Assembly (NCBI GenBank): GCA_047285805.1
Contig: JBJBCN010000003.1
Span: 352,001-416,000, forward strand
Length of the DNA stretch: 64,000 nucleotides
Direction of reading: 5' to 3'
Source of the DNA: Synechococcus sp.
GTDB lineage: Bacteria; Cyanobacteriota; Cyanobacteriia; PCC-6307; Cyanobiaceae
Shown: one piece after another, positions 49,792 through 59,503 of the stretch
Layout: each line of letters starts with the position of its first letter
Numbering within the stretch: the first letter of the stretch is position 1
Notes under the pieces: generated by a model
The model's database searches: none
What the model saw: only the letters and a program-made list of their open reading frames with translations
What the model was told of the DNA's origin: nothing
Made by a program: the position numbers and the translations under genes

Positions 49792-50786
49792 ACGGAATAC
49801 AGACCCGGCCTATACATCGCTAAGTTATGAGCGTCTAGGAACCAATCCACGGTTTCTTTCAAACCACACCTGAATCCTTCAATCCCTGCATAGCGAGGCT
49901 GCCAATCCGTCAGTTGCTTGAGACGCGTATTATCGCCAAAAAGGCGATTAACTTCTGACCCTGGCGGCCGAAGACGGTCTTGATCTGTCAAGATTTCCAC
50001 TTCCCTGCCCATAACCTCAGCAATAAGCTGGACAGTGGACCCGATTGAAATCTCAAAGTTGCTGGCTGCATTCACGACCAGACCAAGGGCGGAGTCACAT
50101 TGAGAAACCGAGAGAAAAGCTGCCGCTGTATCCAAAACAAAGTTAAAGTCTCTCGTAGGAGTAAGCGCACCAAGAGAGATCGCGGTGCGTCCAGAGGCGA
50201 TTTGCGTAATTACTGTAGGGATAATAGCTCTAGCACTTTGGCGAGGACCGTAAGTATTGAACGGGCGCAATACAGTGACGGGGGTTTCGAAGCTTCTCCA
50301 ATAACTCAAAGCTATTTGATCTGCACCTATTTTGGTAGCGGCGTAAGGTGACTGACCAACAAGCGGATGATCCTCAGTAATAGGTACAAACTGAGCAGTC
50401 CCATAGGTTTCAGAGGTAGATGTATGAATAACTCTTTGAACACCAAGATCTCGAGCAGCCTGAACAACATTCAAGGTTCCATGGATATTTGTATCTACAT
50501 AACTAGAGGGGGCAATATAACTATAAGGGATGGCGATTAGCGCTGCCAGATGAAATACTTGGTCACAGCCGCGCATGGCTTCGCGTACGCAGATAGGGTC
50601 GCGAATATCACCTAGTACTACATCGATATCTGCCTTAATAGAATCTGGTAGTGAATCAAGCCAACCCCAACTACCAATAGAGTTGTATTGACAAAAAGCT
50701 CTGACGCTATAGCCAGATTTGAGTAGTGTCTCGGTAAGATGGGATCCTATAAATCCATCGGCACCTGTTACGAGAGCAAGAGTCAT
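49788..50786 (-). CDS. legB: NAD-dependent 4,6-dehydratase LegB
   Basis: VTGADGFIGSHL, YNSIGSWGWLD, LAALIAIPYSY, TSTSETYG, YAATK, RPFNTYGPRQS. Confidence 0.92.
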   Translation of the reverse strand: MTLALVTGADGFIGSHLTETLLKSGYSVRAFCQYNSIGSWGWLDSLPDSIKADIDVVLGDIRDPICVREAMRGCDQVFHLAALIAIPYSYIAPSSYVDTNIHGTLNVVQAARDLGVQRVIHTSTSETYGTAQFVPITEDHPLVGQSPYAATKIGADQIALSYWRSFETPVTVLRPFNTYGPRQSARAIIPTVITQIASGRTAISLGALTPTRDFNFVLDTAAAFLSVSQCDSALGLVVNAASNFEISIGSTVQLIAEVMGREVEILTDQDRLRPPGSEVNRLFGDNTRLKQLTDWQPRYAGIEGFRCGLKETVDWFLDAHNLAMYRPGLYSV

Positions 50787-51488
50787 TCAATCACTGATCA
50801 TGTCTGACATCATAAGCTCGACCAGGCGAAAGTCGACCATATCGTCAATGTCTATAGAACGCTCTCTAGGCATTTCGTGAAATCGAAGACCATTCTGCCA
50901 AATACCTTTGGCCAAGGACTCCAGCGTCCAGCAATAGATAGATGCATTCATCGCATAAACAGGCGGTGCCTGCTGACGAGAAACAGGTGAATCAGAAAAG
51001 GGTAAAGTCTTTGAGAGGCAAACAGAGCCATCCCAATTCTTCTCAACCATATTGAAGTAAGGATTCTTGTCTGACTTATAACCCGTTATCACGGCAGGCG
51101 CACCCTGATCAAGTAAGTTCAGACAATGAGTAATATCACTACTGTTCCTAAGAGGTGAGGTCGGGTCTAGATCAACGATCCGATCAACCAAGCCATCGTT
51201 TTTTATGATCCAGTCAACGAGGTGTCGTACTACTGGTAATTTAGCAGCGTCATCAGTAGCCAAACTTTGTGGGCGGATAAAAGGTACACATGCTCCTGTA
51301 TTTTCTGCAATGTTCGCAATCGATTCGCAGTCGGTAGAAACATAGACTTTGTCAATCGCTGGATGAGACAAAGCTTGGTCAATGGTCCAGCAAATAAGGG
51401 GTTTTCCGTGTATCTCACGGACATTTTTTCCTGGAACACCCTTGGAACCTCCACGAGCACAGATTGTCGCAATGGTTAGATTTGACAT
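50787..51488 (-). CDS. neuA: CMP-nonulosonate synthetase (NeuA/LegF/PtmB)
   Basis: ARGGSKGVPGKN, VSTD, DPTSPLR, SIDIDD. Confidence 0.93.
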   Translation of the reverse strand: MSNLTIATICARGGSKGVPGKNVREIHGKPLICWTIDQALSHPAIDKVYVSTDCESIANIAENTGACVPFIRPQSLATDDAAKLPVVRHLVDWIIKNDGLVDRIVDLDPTSPLRNSSDITHCLNLLDQGAPAVITGYKSDKNPYFNMVEKNWDGSVCLSKTLPFSDSPVSRQQAPPVYAMNASIYCWTLESLAKGIWQNGLRFHEMPRERSIDIDDMVDFRLVELMMSDMISD

Positions 51489-52474
51489 GCCATCTCCTTG
51501 AGTTGAATCGCTAGAGCGCTTGTTTCTAGACCTTCAGTCAGCGGTTGTACACACGGTAAGTCATTAAACAAGGAGTCGAGAAAGGATGTCCATGCTGTCC
51601 CGTATGTACTCGATATATCAAAATGATTGGTTCCTGATGACAACACATATTTGTTGGTAGCCGTTTTTAGTGTAAGCGCTTTAAGCGAGAGATCCCAGGT
51701 CAAGGTTCCTTTATCTCCTACCGCCTGGTAGCGTCGAATAGGCGTTCTCGCAACATAATCCAAATTAATACTAATAATTGCATTTTTCTGGCTGACTAGA
51801 GTAGCTGATGCAACAGCTTCGGAATGAATCTCTAGACTAGGCACATAAGATTTGGTGCATGAGATTGGTTTAATACTACCAAAGATCCATCTGGCAATAT
51901 CAATCTCATGGATGAGGTCAAGTAAAACACCACCCCCTTGGTCAGGATTCGCACTATAACTGTCTTTATAATTTGTCGCAGGACGCCAATCAGGTAACCA
52001 CTGTCCAACTTCAAAAGAAGCCCTGGCAATATGACCAATTAAACCTTCATCTATGACCTCCTTAAATCTCCTTATTGATGGAAGAAACCTTAGATTACAT
52101 CCAACCTGCGTACAAGGAAGCGGATGAGAAGCTTTCATGGCACCAGATATAGCCGAGAGCTGCTCGTGGTTAATGGCCACAGGCTTTTCTACATAGAAAG
52201 GAATTGATGCTTGCAGGGCCTGTTGAATTGCTTCGGTATGAAGAAAAGATGGGTTAGAAATGACCAGAAAATGAGGTCTTTTGATCAGAGCTTGACGGAC
52301 TGAAGAAACGAGTAAGGCTTCTTTGTCTAGAGACAATTGGTTATGAGCTGTATTCTCACGCACAAATGTCCAATTGACACGACCTACCAACTTCTCAATT
52401 TCAGATATATGACGCTTCCCAATAGCTCCTGTACCAGCGACTGCAATGTTGAGTTCAGTTAATGACACGGACAT
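51476..52474 (-). CDS. Gfo/Idh/MocA oxidoreductase (PtmF/ElaA-like)
   Basis: GTGAIGKRH, VEKP, GQWLPDWRP, GGGVLLDLIHEID. Confidence 0.88.
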   Translation of the reverse strand: MSVSLTELNIAVAGTGAIGKRHISEIEKLVGRVNWTFVRENTAHNQLSLDKEALLVSSVRQALIKRPHFLVISNPSFLHTEAIQQALQASIPFYVEKPVAINHEQLSAISGAMKASHPLPCTQVGCNLRFLPSIRRFKEVIDEGLIGHIARASFEVGQWLPDWRPATNYKDSYSANPDQGGGVLLDLIHEIDIARWIFGSIKPISCTKSYVPSLEIHSEAVASATLVSQKNAIISINLDYVARTPIRRYQAVGDKGTLTWDLSLKALTLKTATNKYVLSSGTNHFDISSTYGTAWTSFLDSLFNDLPCVQPLTEGLETSALAIQLKEMACQI

Positions 52475-52497
52475 TCTATTCTACAGGCCAGTACGGT

Positions 52498-53286
52498 TCA
52501 AGGAGTGGTAGATATTTTGTTCCAATTGCTAAGATTTACTCCTTTAGTAATAAGATATTGTCGTGCGTCAGGGAGGGCTTCTCCGATGAAATTGAATAGA
52601 TTGGCGGTTGATGCTCCATCAATAGAGTTGGTCTCCAGGGCATTAAGTAAATGATCTTTATTGCCAGCTCCACCAGATATAATAACAGGAATACTAGAGA
52701 TATTGCTAACAACTTGAAGAATATCTAGACAATACCCTTGTCCCGTTCCATCAAAATCAATCGAGTTTAGATATAGTTCTCCTACTCCAAGTGAAATCAC
52801 ATGCTGCAAATATTCTACTAGCGACATGTCAACCTCTGTCGCTCCTTGATCAACATAGACTTTCCATGTGCCGTCAACTAACTTGAAGTCAATAGATGCG
52901 ACAATAGCCTGGCTTCCATATTTCGAGACCAAATCCTTGATTAGCTTTGGGTTTCTGTATATAGACGTATTGATAATCAACTTGTCTGCTCCGTTGCTAA
53001 TCATTAAATCGGCATCTTGAAGAGAGTTTATGTGACCTCCAAGGCCTAGAGGTATAAAACAGTTAAGGCTTACTTCTTCTACCGCAGCAATAAATTCTCT
53101 TGCATTTGCTCCGTTGCGGTCTACATTTAGGATTATCAGTTCGTCAAGAGACTGTGCTACATGCTCGAAGTTATAGTTAGACCTCAACCAAGAAGTATCT
53201 CCAACTCGCTGGAGACGAAAGTTACGACTCAGCCAAAAGTATCCTTCTTGATAGAGAAGCGTAAAGACTAGCCGTTTTCTTGCCAT
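52498..53286 (-). CDS. Second HisF-like TIM-barrel subunit (WbuZ-like)
   Basis: GADKLIIN, YGSQAIVASID, GVGELYLNSIDFDGTGQG, PVIISGGAG; ATG 53286 coupled (TAATG) to the upstream stop. Confidence 0.85.
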   Translation of the reverse strand: MARKRLVFTLLYQEGYFWLSRNFRLQRVGDTSWLRSNYNFEHVAQSLDELIILNVDRNGANAREFIAAVEEVSLNCFIPLGLGGHINSLQDADLMISNGADKLIINTSIYRNPKLIKDLVSKYGSQAIVASIDFKLVDGTWKVYVDQGATEVDMSLVEYLQHVISLGVGELYLNSIDFDGTGQGYCLDILQVVSNISSIPVIISGGAGNKDHLLNALETNSIDGASTANLFNFIGEALPDARQYLITKGVNLSNWNKISTTP

Positions 53287-53918
53287 TAGTACTGGGTAAG
53301 AAAGTTTTTTAGGACAGCAAGACCATTGGACTGACTTTTTTCGGGATGAAACTGGGTTCCAAAGACGCACCCATCTTCAACAGCTGAGGCAAAGGAATAA
53401 CCGTACGAAGTTGTTCCAATAACATGGGATTCATTCAGGCAGTTAAAATGATAACTATGAATAAAATAAAAGTCGTTCTGGTTGTTTCCCGACGAAATAA
53501 GGCCTCTAAATAGTTTGGAACTGCACCTTGGGGAAACATGGTTGAATCCGATGTGTGGTATTTTATATCCGTTACTAATGAGATCATTCGTAAAGCGATT
53601 AACAGTTCCTGGAATCAGGCCAAGTCCTTTGCTATGACCATCTTCATCTCCACTATCTGCTAAAAGCTGCATCCCCAAACAAATTCCTAAAAGCGGAATT
53701 CCATCTGAAACCTGTTGATATATAGCCTTGTCAAGGCCTTTCTGTCGAATAGATTGCATGGACATCTTAAAAGATCCAACACCAGGCAATAGATAGTGTG
53801 AACAGCCGCGCATTTGTTCTGGTTCAGACACGATCGAGGTGTCCGCACCTAAATATCTTAACGCTGATGCAACAGAACGTAGGTTACCAGCTCCATAGTC
53901 AATGATTCCAACTTTCAT
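53286..53918 (-). CDS. Second HisH-like class I glutaminase (WbuY-like)
   Basis: MKVGIIDYGAGN, LPGVGSF, GICLGMQ, YFIHSY, QFHPEKS. Confidence 0.92.
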   Translation of the reverse strand: MKVGIIDYGAGNLRSVASALRYLGADTSIVSEPEQMRGCSHYLLPGVGSFKMSMQSIRQKGLDKAIYQQVSDGIPLLGICLGMQLLADSGDEDGHSKGLGLIPGTVNRFTNDLISNGYKIPHIGFNHVSPRCSSKLFRGLISSGNNQNDFYFIHSYHFNCLNESHVIGTTSYGYSFASAVEDGCVFGTQFHPEKSQSNGLAVLKNFLTQY

Positions 53919-53953
53919 GATTCTCAAATCACTTTTCGCCGTAGAACCTTGTA

Positions 53954-54772
53954 TCACCAGGTACTCCAGCCTCCGTCGACAATGATATTTTGACCTGTGA
54001 CCCATCCTGACATATCGGTAGCCAGGTAGACAATTGCTCCAATAAGATCTTCCTCTTTCCCCATCCTCTTCATAGGGGTTTTCTGAATATATTTATCAAC
54101 AAAGGATGATGGTTGATTTCGATATATTCCCCCAGGTGAAATTGCGTTAACCCTGATTGAGGGTGCAAGGGTGGTAGACATCCATCTTGTAAGTTGCAAC
54201 AAGCCTCCCTTGCTTGCTGCATATGCGGCTGGATTGTTCATATTTGTACCTTCATATAAGGATAGATCAGGTCCGCATATGCCGTAAATAGATGAGATAT
54301 TAATAATGCTTGACTTATTAGACTGTAAAAGCTTCAAGCAGGCTTGAGTCAGTGCGAATGGTGCCATGAGATTAACATCCATTGCCCGTTGCCAAGTGTT
54401 TATAGTTTGCTGCGGGAAAGGCACTGACCAGCCTTCCAAATTCGACGTACCGACAAATGCAGCATTATTTACAAGAACATCAAGCCTACCAAACTCTTTT
54501 TCAATAAGGCTAGGAATACAATTAAAATGATCTGGTTTCTCTAGATCCAAATCTACAGTTAAAACTGCGCGATTAAACTTTGTCTCTAATGATTCTTTGA
54601 CGGCTAATAGGTTGTCATTGTTTACGTCAATTAGAACTATAGTAGAACCAAGCTCGGCAAGTGCTGAAGCTATTACACTGCCAATTTTACCGGCACCACC
54701 GGTCACCAAAGAAACCCTGCCTTCCAGAGACATTAACTCGGAAACTGATCTAGAAAATAGATCTGAAGACAT
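53954..54772 (-). CDS. SDR oxidoreductase (PtmA/ElaC-like)
   Basis: TGGAGKIG, NNAA, SSIYG, YAASKGG, NAISPGG, VDGGW. Confidence 0.9.
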   Translation of the reverse strand: MSSDLFSRSVSELMSLEGRVSLVTGGAGKIGSVIASALAELGSTIVLIDVNNDNLLAVKESLETKFNRAVLTVDLDLEKPDHFNCIPSLIEKEFGRLDVLVNNAAFVGTSNLEGWSVPFPQQTINTWQRAMDVNLMAPFALTQACLKLLQSNKSSIINISSIYGICGPDLSLYEGTNMNNPAAYAASKGGLLQLTRWMSTTLAPSIRVNAISPGGIYRNQPSSFVDKYIQKTPMKRMGKEEDLIGAIVYLATDMSGWVTGQNIIVDGGWSTW

Positions 54773-54775
54773 AAA

Positions 54776-57745
54776 TTAGGCGCTCACCTTATTTTGCAGA
54801 GCCGGAATTGATGGATGCTGCTCCAGTACCACCTTGAGATAGCGCCCCGTATGGGAGACAGGATGCTCAGCGACTTGCTCCGGGGTTCCTGTCACGACGA
54901 CCTCTCCACCCTTGTCACCCCCCTCGGGACCGAGGTCGATAATCCAGTCGGAACAGCGGATCACGTCGAGGTTGTGCTCGATCACCAAGATCGAATTTCC
55001 CTTATCAACGAGACGCTGCATCACATCCATCAACTTGTGGACGTCGTAGAAACTCAGGCCGGTTGTGGGCTCATCGATCAGATAGAGAGTCTTCCCTGTA
55101 GCCCGCTTTGAAAGTTCAGTCGCCAACTTGACGCGCTGGGCTTCACCACCGGAGAGGGTTGGTGCGGGTTGGCCCAGCTTGACGTAACCCAAGCCCACAT
55201 CCACCAAGGTGCGCAAACGATCAGCAGCCTGAGGAATCGCTGAAAACACCTCGCAGGCCTGCTCCACCGTCATCTGCAGGACATCGGCGATGGTGTGGCC
55301 CTTGTACTTGACCTGCAACGTCTCGCGGTTGTAGCGAGCGCCCTTGCAGACATCGCACTGGACGTAGACGTCAGGCAAGAAGTTCATCTCAATGACATTC
55401 ACACCCTGGCCGCTGCAGGCTTCGCAGCGACCACCCTTGACATTGAAGCTGAACTGTCCGACGGCGTAACCGCGGGCCTTGGCCTCCACCGTGGCCGCAA
55501 AGACCTGACGGATCGGATCAAAGGCCCCGGTATAGGTCGCAGGGTTGGAGCGAGGCGTACGGCCTATCGGCGATTGGTCGATCACGATCACCTTGTCGAT
55601 CGCCTTGATCCCTTTAAGGTCATCAACCCCAGCCGGGAAGGGCACTTTCATCCCAAGCTTGTGCTCCAGCGCAGGGTGCAGGAGCTCATTGACCATGGTG
55701 CTCTTGCCGCTACCACTCACCCCGGTCACACAGACCAAGCGGCCCAAGGGGAACTCCACGTCGAAGCCGCTTAGGTTGTTACGGGCGCAGCCCACCAAGG
55801 TGAGCTTGCGTGAACCATTGGCTCGGCGTTCTGCAGGTGTCGGAATGGCACGGCGGCCGCTCAAGTAAGCACCGGTCAACGACTCCTCGGCCGCCAGCAG
55901 GGTCTCGAAATCACCCTCGGCAACGATATTGCCGCCATGGACCCCAGCTCCAGGTCCGATATCGACGATGTAGTCGGCGGCACGAATCGTGTCCTCGTCG
56001 TGCTCCACCACGATCAAGGTATTGCCCAGATCCCTAAGCTTCACAAGGGTGTTCAGCAGCCGGTCGTTGTCGCGCTGATGCAAACCGATGCTCGGCTCGT
56101 CGAGCACGTAGAGCACACCCGTCAGACCGGCACCAATCTGGGTAGCGAGACGGATTCGCTGGGCCTCACCACCCGAGAGGGTCATAGCTGGGCGATCCAG
56201 GCTCAGGTAATCCAGTCCCACGTCCAACAGGAACTTCAGGCGCATGCGGATCTCCCGCATCACCAAATCGCCAATTTGGATTTGACGGGCATTGAGCAGG
56301 GCCGGACCCTCGATGCCCATCAGCTCTTCAATCCGGCGCAGGCTCTCGCCGACGCTGCTGTTGGTGAGCTCGTGGATGCGGTAAGGGCCCACCCGCACAG
56401 CCAGGGCTTCAGGCTTCAGGCGCAAACCATGGCAGCTGGCGCAGGGCACCAACTCCAGATATTTCTCGAGCTTCTGGCGAATCGACTCGCCACTCGCATC
56501 ACGTAATTGGCGCTCGAGGATCGGCAGTATTCCTTCGAACGGCCGCAGGTAGGTCTGGTTTTTCTTGTAGCGGCTATCGGCCTGGATGGGGATCGGTTCC
56601 CTTGACCCGTTGAGCAACACGTCCTGCTGCTCCACTGTCAGCTCATTCCAAGGCGTCTTGATCTCAAAGCCAAAGGCTTCTCCCACCGAATAGAGCAGGG
56701 AGAAGTAATAGGAGTTGTCCTTTTCAGCCCAGGGAGCAACGGCCGCGTACACCGGCAACGAAGGATCAGGGATGACCCGCTCTTTCGTGAATTGGCGCAG
56801 ATGACCAATTCCATGGCAATCCGGACAGGCGCCGTACGGACTGTTGAACGAGAAGAGCCTGGGCGAGAGCTCCTCCATCACCGCTCCATGGACGGGACAG
56901 GCGAAGTTCTCGGAATAGAGGCGCTCCTTCTCGACCTCTGGCGGCAATTCCTCTCCGGACTTCGGCACCACTTCGACGAGGGCCAAGCCATCACCGCGCT
57001 TGAGCGCCGTGCGCAGGGAATCGGTCAGGCGCTCTTGAATGCCCTCACGAGCCACCAGGCGATCCACCACCACCTCGATGTTGTGGGAGTGATTCTTGTC
57101 GAGCTCAATGTTGTCGGCGAGTTCACGCACCTCGCCGTTGATCCGCACCCGGGCAAAGCCCTCAGCCACCAAGCCGGACAGCAACTTGACGTGGGTGCCC
57201 TTCTTGCCGCGAACCACAGGGGCGAGGAGCTGGTAACGGGTCCCCTCCGGCAGGGTGAGGACCTGATCGACCATCTCGTCGATGGACTGGGGCCGAATCG
57301 AGCGGTCGCACTCGGGGCAATGGGGCTCCCCTGCTCGACCAAACAACAGACGCAGATAGTCCTGGATCTCCGTGACCGTTCCCACCGTGGAACGGGGGTT
57401 ATGGCTGGTGGATTTCTGATCAATCGAGATCGCAGGCGAGAGGCCCTCGATCGCGTCCACATCGGGCTTGTCGACCTGGCCGAGGAACTGCCGGGCGTAG
57501 GCAGAAAGACTTTCTACATAGCGGCGCTGGCCTTCCGCGAAAATCGTGTCGAAGGCCAGGGAGCTCTTGCCGCTGCCGCTGACACCGGTGAACACCACCA
57601 GCTGGTTGCGGGGAACCGTGACGTCGACATTCTTGAGGTTGTGCTGGCGGGCACCCCGCACCCGGATCACATCCTCCAAGGAGCCGCCGTTGAGGGCCTG
57701 CAACGCAGCCTTCTCGTTCACGCTTTTGGCGAGGGCGCGGGGCAT
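54776..57745 (-). CDS. uvrA: Excinuclease ABC subunit A
   Basis: RGARQHNLKN, two GVSGSGKS Walker A motifs, two LSGGEAQR signatures, Zn-finger Cys motifs. Confidence 0.98.
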   Translation of the reverse strand: MPRALAKSVNEKAALQALNGGSLEDVIRVRGARQHNLKNVDVTVPRNQLVVFTGVSGSGKSSLAFDTIFAEGQRRYVESLSAYARQFLGQVDKPDVDAIEGLSPAISIDQKSTSHNPRSTVGTVTEIQDYLRLLFGRAGEPHCPECDRSIRPQSIDEMVDQVLTLPEGTRYQLLAPVVRGKKGTHVKLLSGLVAEGFARVRINGEVRELADNIELDKNHSHNIEVVVDRLVAREGIQERLTDSLRTALKRGDGLALVEVVPKSGEELPPEVEKERLYSENFACPVHGAVMEELSPRLFSFNSPYGACPDCHGIGHLRQFTKERVIPDPSLPVYAAVAPWAEKDNSYYFSLLYSVGEAFGFEIKTPWNELTVEQQDVLLNGSREPIPIQADSRYKKNQTYLRPFEGILPILERQLRDASGESIRQKLEKYLELVPCASCHGLRLKPEALAVRVGPYRIHELTNSSVGESLRRIEELMGIEGPALLNARQIQIGDLVMREIRMRLKFLLDVGLDYLSLDRPAMTLSGGEAQRIRLATQIGAGLTGVLYVLDEPSIGLHQRDNDRLLNTLVKLRDLGNTLIVVEHDEDTIRAADYIVDIGPGAGVHGGNIVAEGDFETLLAAEESLTGAYLSGRRAIPTPAERRANGSRKLTLVGCARNNLSGFDVEFPLGRLVCVTGVSGSGKSTMVNELLHPALEHKLGMKVPFPAGVDDLKGIKAIDKVIVIDQSPIGRTPRSNPATYTGAFDPIRQVFAATVEAKARGYAVGQFSFNVKGGRCEACSGQGVNVIEMNFLPDVYVQCDVCKGARYNRETLQVKYKGHTIADVLQMTVEQACEVFSAIPQAADRLRTLVDVGLGYVKLGQPAPTLSGGEAQRVKLATELSKRATGKTLYLIDEPTTGLSFYDVHKLMDVMQRLVDKGNSILVIEHNLDVIRCSDWIIDLGPEGGDKGGEVVVTGTPEQVAEHPVSHTGRYLKVVLEQHPSIPALQNKVSA

Positions 57746-57771
57746 CCAAGCGGCTCTAAGAGGGATGGAGT

Positions 57772-59445
57772 CTAGGCAGCGCGTTTAAGCAGGCTGGCCG
57801 CGTAGCTCCTGGTCTCACCGAAATCGCCGCCGGCCAACTCAGCCAGCTCCGTCTGGCGTGCCTGAGTGTCCCGCAGTTGGGACACTCGCGTGTAGGTCGT
57901 GCCGTGCCGCACCTCCTTCGCGACCTGGAAGTGATGGTCAGCGGCGGCAGCCACCAAGGGCTGGTGGGTCACGCAAAAGACCTGTCGCTGCTGGGCCAGG
58001 CGCTGCAGCAACTCCGCCATGGCACCACTGACACGGCCACTGACACCGGTGTCAATTTCGTCGAACAGCAGGGTGACGTGCTGATCCGCCGCAGCCAAAC
58101 AGGTTTTCAGAGCCAATAGAAAGCGCGACATCTCACCGCCCGAGGCCACCTCAGCAAGGGGAGCGAGCGGCTGACCCGGGTTGGCCGAGAACCGGAACTG
58201 CACGGCGTCTGCCCCCTCTTCCCCCGGAGCCATGGGCTCAATCGCCACTTCAAAACGGACATTGGCCAGACCCATAGGCCGCAGGGCCTGCATCAGGTCC
58301 TGCTCCAGAGCCTCAGCGGCAAGGCGACGGGCCTGGGTGAGGTGGGCGTTGCAGCGATCCCGGTGCTGGCGAGCCTGGAGCTCGGCCAGCTCCAAGGCCT
58401 CGACACTGGCTTGAGCACCGCCGGACACCAGTTGATCGCGCAGATCATCACGCCAAGCGATCAGCTCAGAAAGGTCCTTGCCATGGCGTCTCTCCAGCGC
58501 CTTCAGCAAAGCGATCCGCTCCTGAAGCTGCCCGAGGCTGTCCGGATCGCTGTCCAGGCTGGACCCATAGCGATCGAGCTCGCGAATGAAGTCCTGAAGC
58601 TCCGCGAGGCCGTCGCCAAAACGGGCGTTCAACGCCGACAAACTGCCATCAAGCTGCTTCATCTGGGACAACTCCGCCTCACAGGCGGCCAGGTGGTCCA
58701 ACACCGATGGGGCTTCCTCTGCGCCATCCACTAGCCGTCCCATCAGGGTCATGACCCCTTCCTGAAGACGCACCCCATGGGCAAGCCGATTCTCTTCCTT
58801 TTCCAGACGGCTGCGCTCCGCTGGGTTCTCCAGCTTGGCCGCCTCTAGGTCATCCAACAGTTGTTGCTGCCGCTCCAAGTCGGCCTGCAGCGTTAGCCAG
58901 TCGGCCTTGGCCTGCTCCAGGGCCGCGGACGCTTGCCGCCATGAGCGATAACTGTCCTGAACGGGTGGAAGGTGCTGCTGCAGGTCAGCGGCGCCAAAAC
59001 GATCCAGCCAGCGGCGCTGCTGACCCGGCCGGGCCAACTGCTGGGTCTGCCCCTGAACCGTGAGATCCAACAGCAAAGGCCGGAGCGATTGGATCTGCTG
59101 ACGGTTGACCGCAACGCCATTGAGTCGATGGCGGCTCGTGAGTCGATCGTCCTTCTGGCGCCATTCGCGGCTCAGCAACACCTCCTCCTCGTCGCACTCC
59201 AGCTCCTGCTCGCTCAGCCACTCCTGCAAAGGAGGACTGATGGAAAAACTGGCTTCAATCACCCCTTGATGGCTGCCCTGGCGCAACAGCCGAGGCCCCT
59301 GCCCCCCCAAGAGGGCGTCGAGGGCATCCAAAAGGATGGATTTACCGGCTCCGGTCTCGCCGGTAAGCACCGTGAAGCCCTGACCAAACTCCAGCTGCAG
59401 CTCTTCAATCAGAGCGATGTTTTGGAGACGCAGACCGGTAAGCAC
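57772..59445 (-). CDS. recN: DNA repair protein RecN
   Basis: TGETGAGKSILLDAL, coiled coil, ASGGEMSR, FDEIDTGVSG, CVTHQP. Confidence 0.97.
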   Translation of the reverse strand: MLTGLRLQNIALIEELQLEFGQGFTVLTGETGAGKSILLDALDALLGGQGPRLLRQGSHQGVIEASFSISPPLQEWLSEQELECDEEEVLLSREWRQKDDRLTSRHRLNGVAVNRQQIQSLRPLLLDLTVQGQTQQLARPGQQRRWLDRFGAADLQQHLPPVQDSYRSWRQASAALEQAKADWLTLQADLERQQQLLDDLEAAKLENPAERSRLEKEENRLAHGVRLQEGVMTLMGRLVDGAEEAPSVLDHLAACEAELSQMKQLDGSLSALNARFGDGLAELQDFIRELDRYGSSLDSDPDSLGQLQERIALLKALERRHGKDLSELIAWRDDLRDQLVSGGAQASVEALELAELQARQHRDRCNAHLTQARRLAAEALEQDLMQALRPMGLANVRFEVAIEPMAPGEEGADAVQFRFSANPGQPLAPLAEVASGGEMSRFLLALKTCLAAADQHVTLLFDEIDTGVSGRVSGAMAELLQRLAQQRQVFCVTHQPLVAAAADHHFQVAKEVRHGTTYTRVSQLRDTQARQTELAELAGGDFGETRSYAASLLKRAA

Positions 59446-59503
59446 AAGCAGCCTGGTGTTGGGCCCGACCGTAGCGGCTGTCTCTTTCGTTTAGAAGGGG
59501 GTC

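Larger units (their letters stand above)
42005..54772 (-). other. AT-rich nonulosonic-acid (legionaminic-type) biosynthesis island, 13 co-oriented genes
   Basis: GC drops relative to the flanks (18/60 in line 52501 versus 40/60 in line 57001); tightly coupled genes; no integrase, tRNA or att repeat seen. Confidence 0.85.

Noticed and set aside
43051..53918. Histidine biosynthesis genes hisF/hisH
   Set aside because: They lie in a sugar island beside a WbuX-type amidotransferase, and each HisF domain lacks one catalytic Asp
41964..54775. Prophage, integrative element or transposon as carrier of the island
   Set aside because: No integrase, transposase, tRNA target or flanking direct repeats found by eye
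56792..57775. 327-aa antisense ORF over uvrA
   Set aside because: Typical antisense shadow of uvrA
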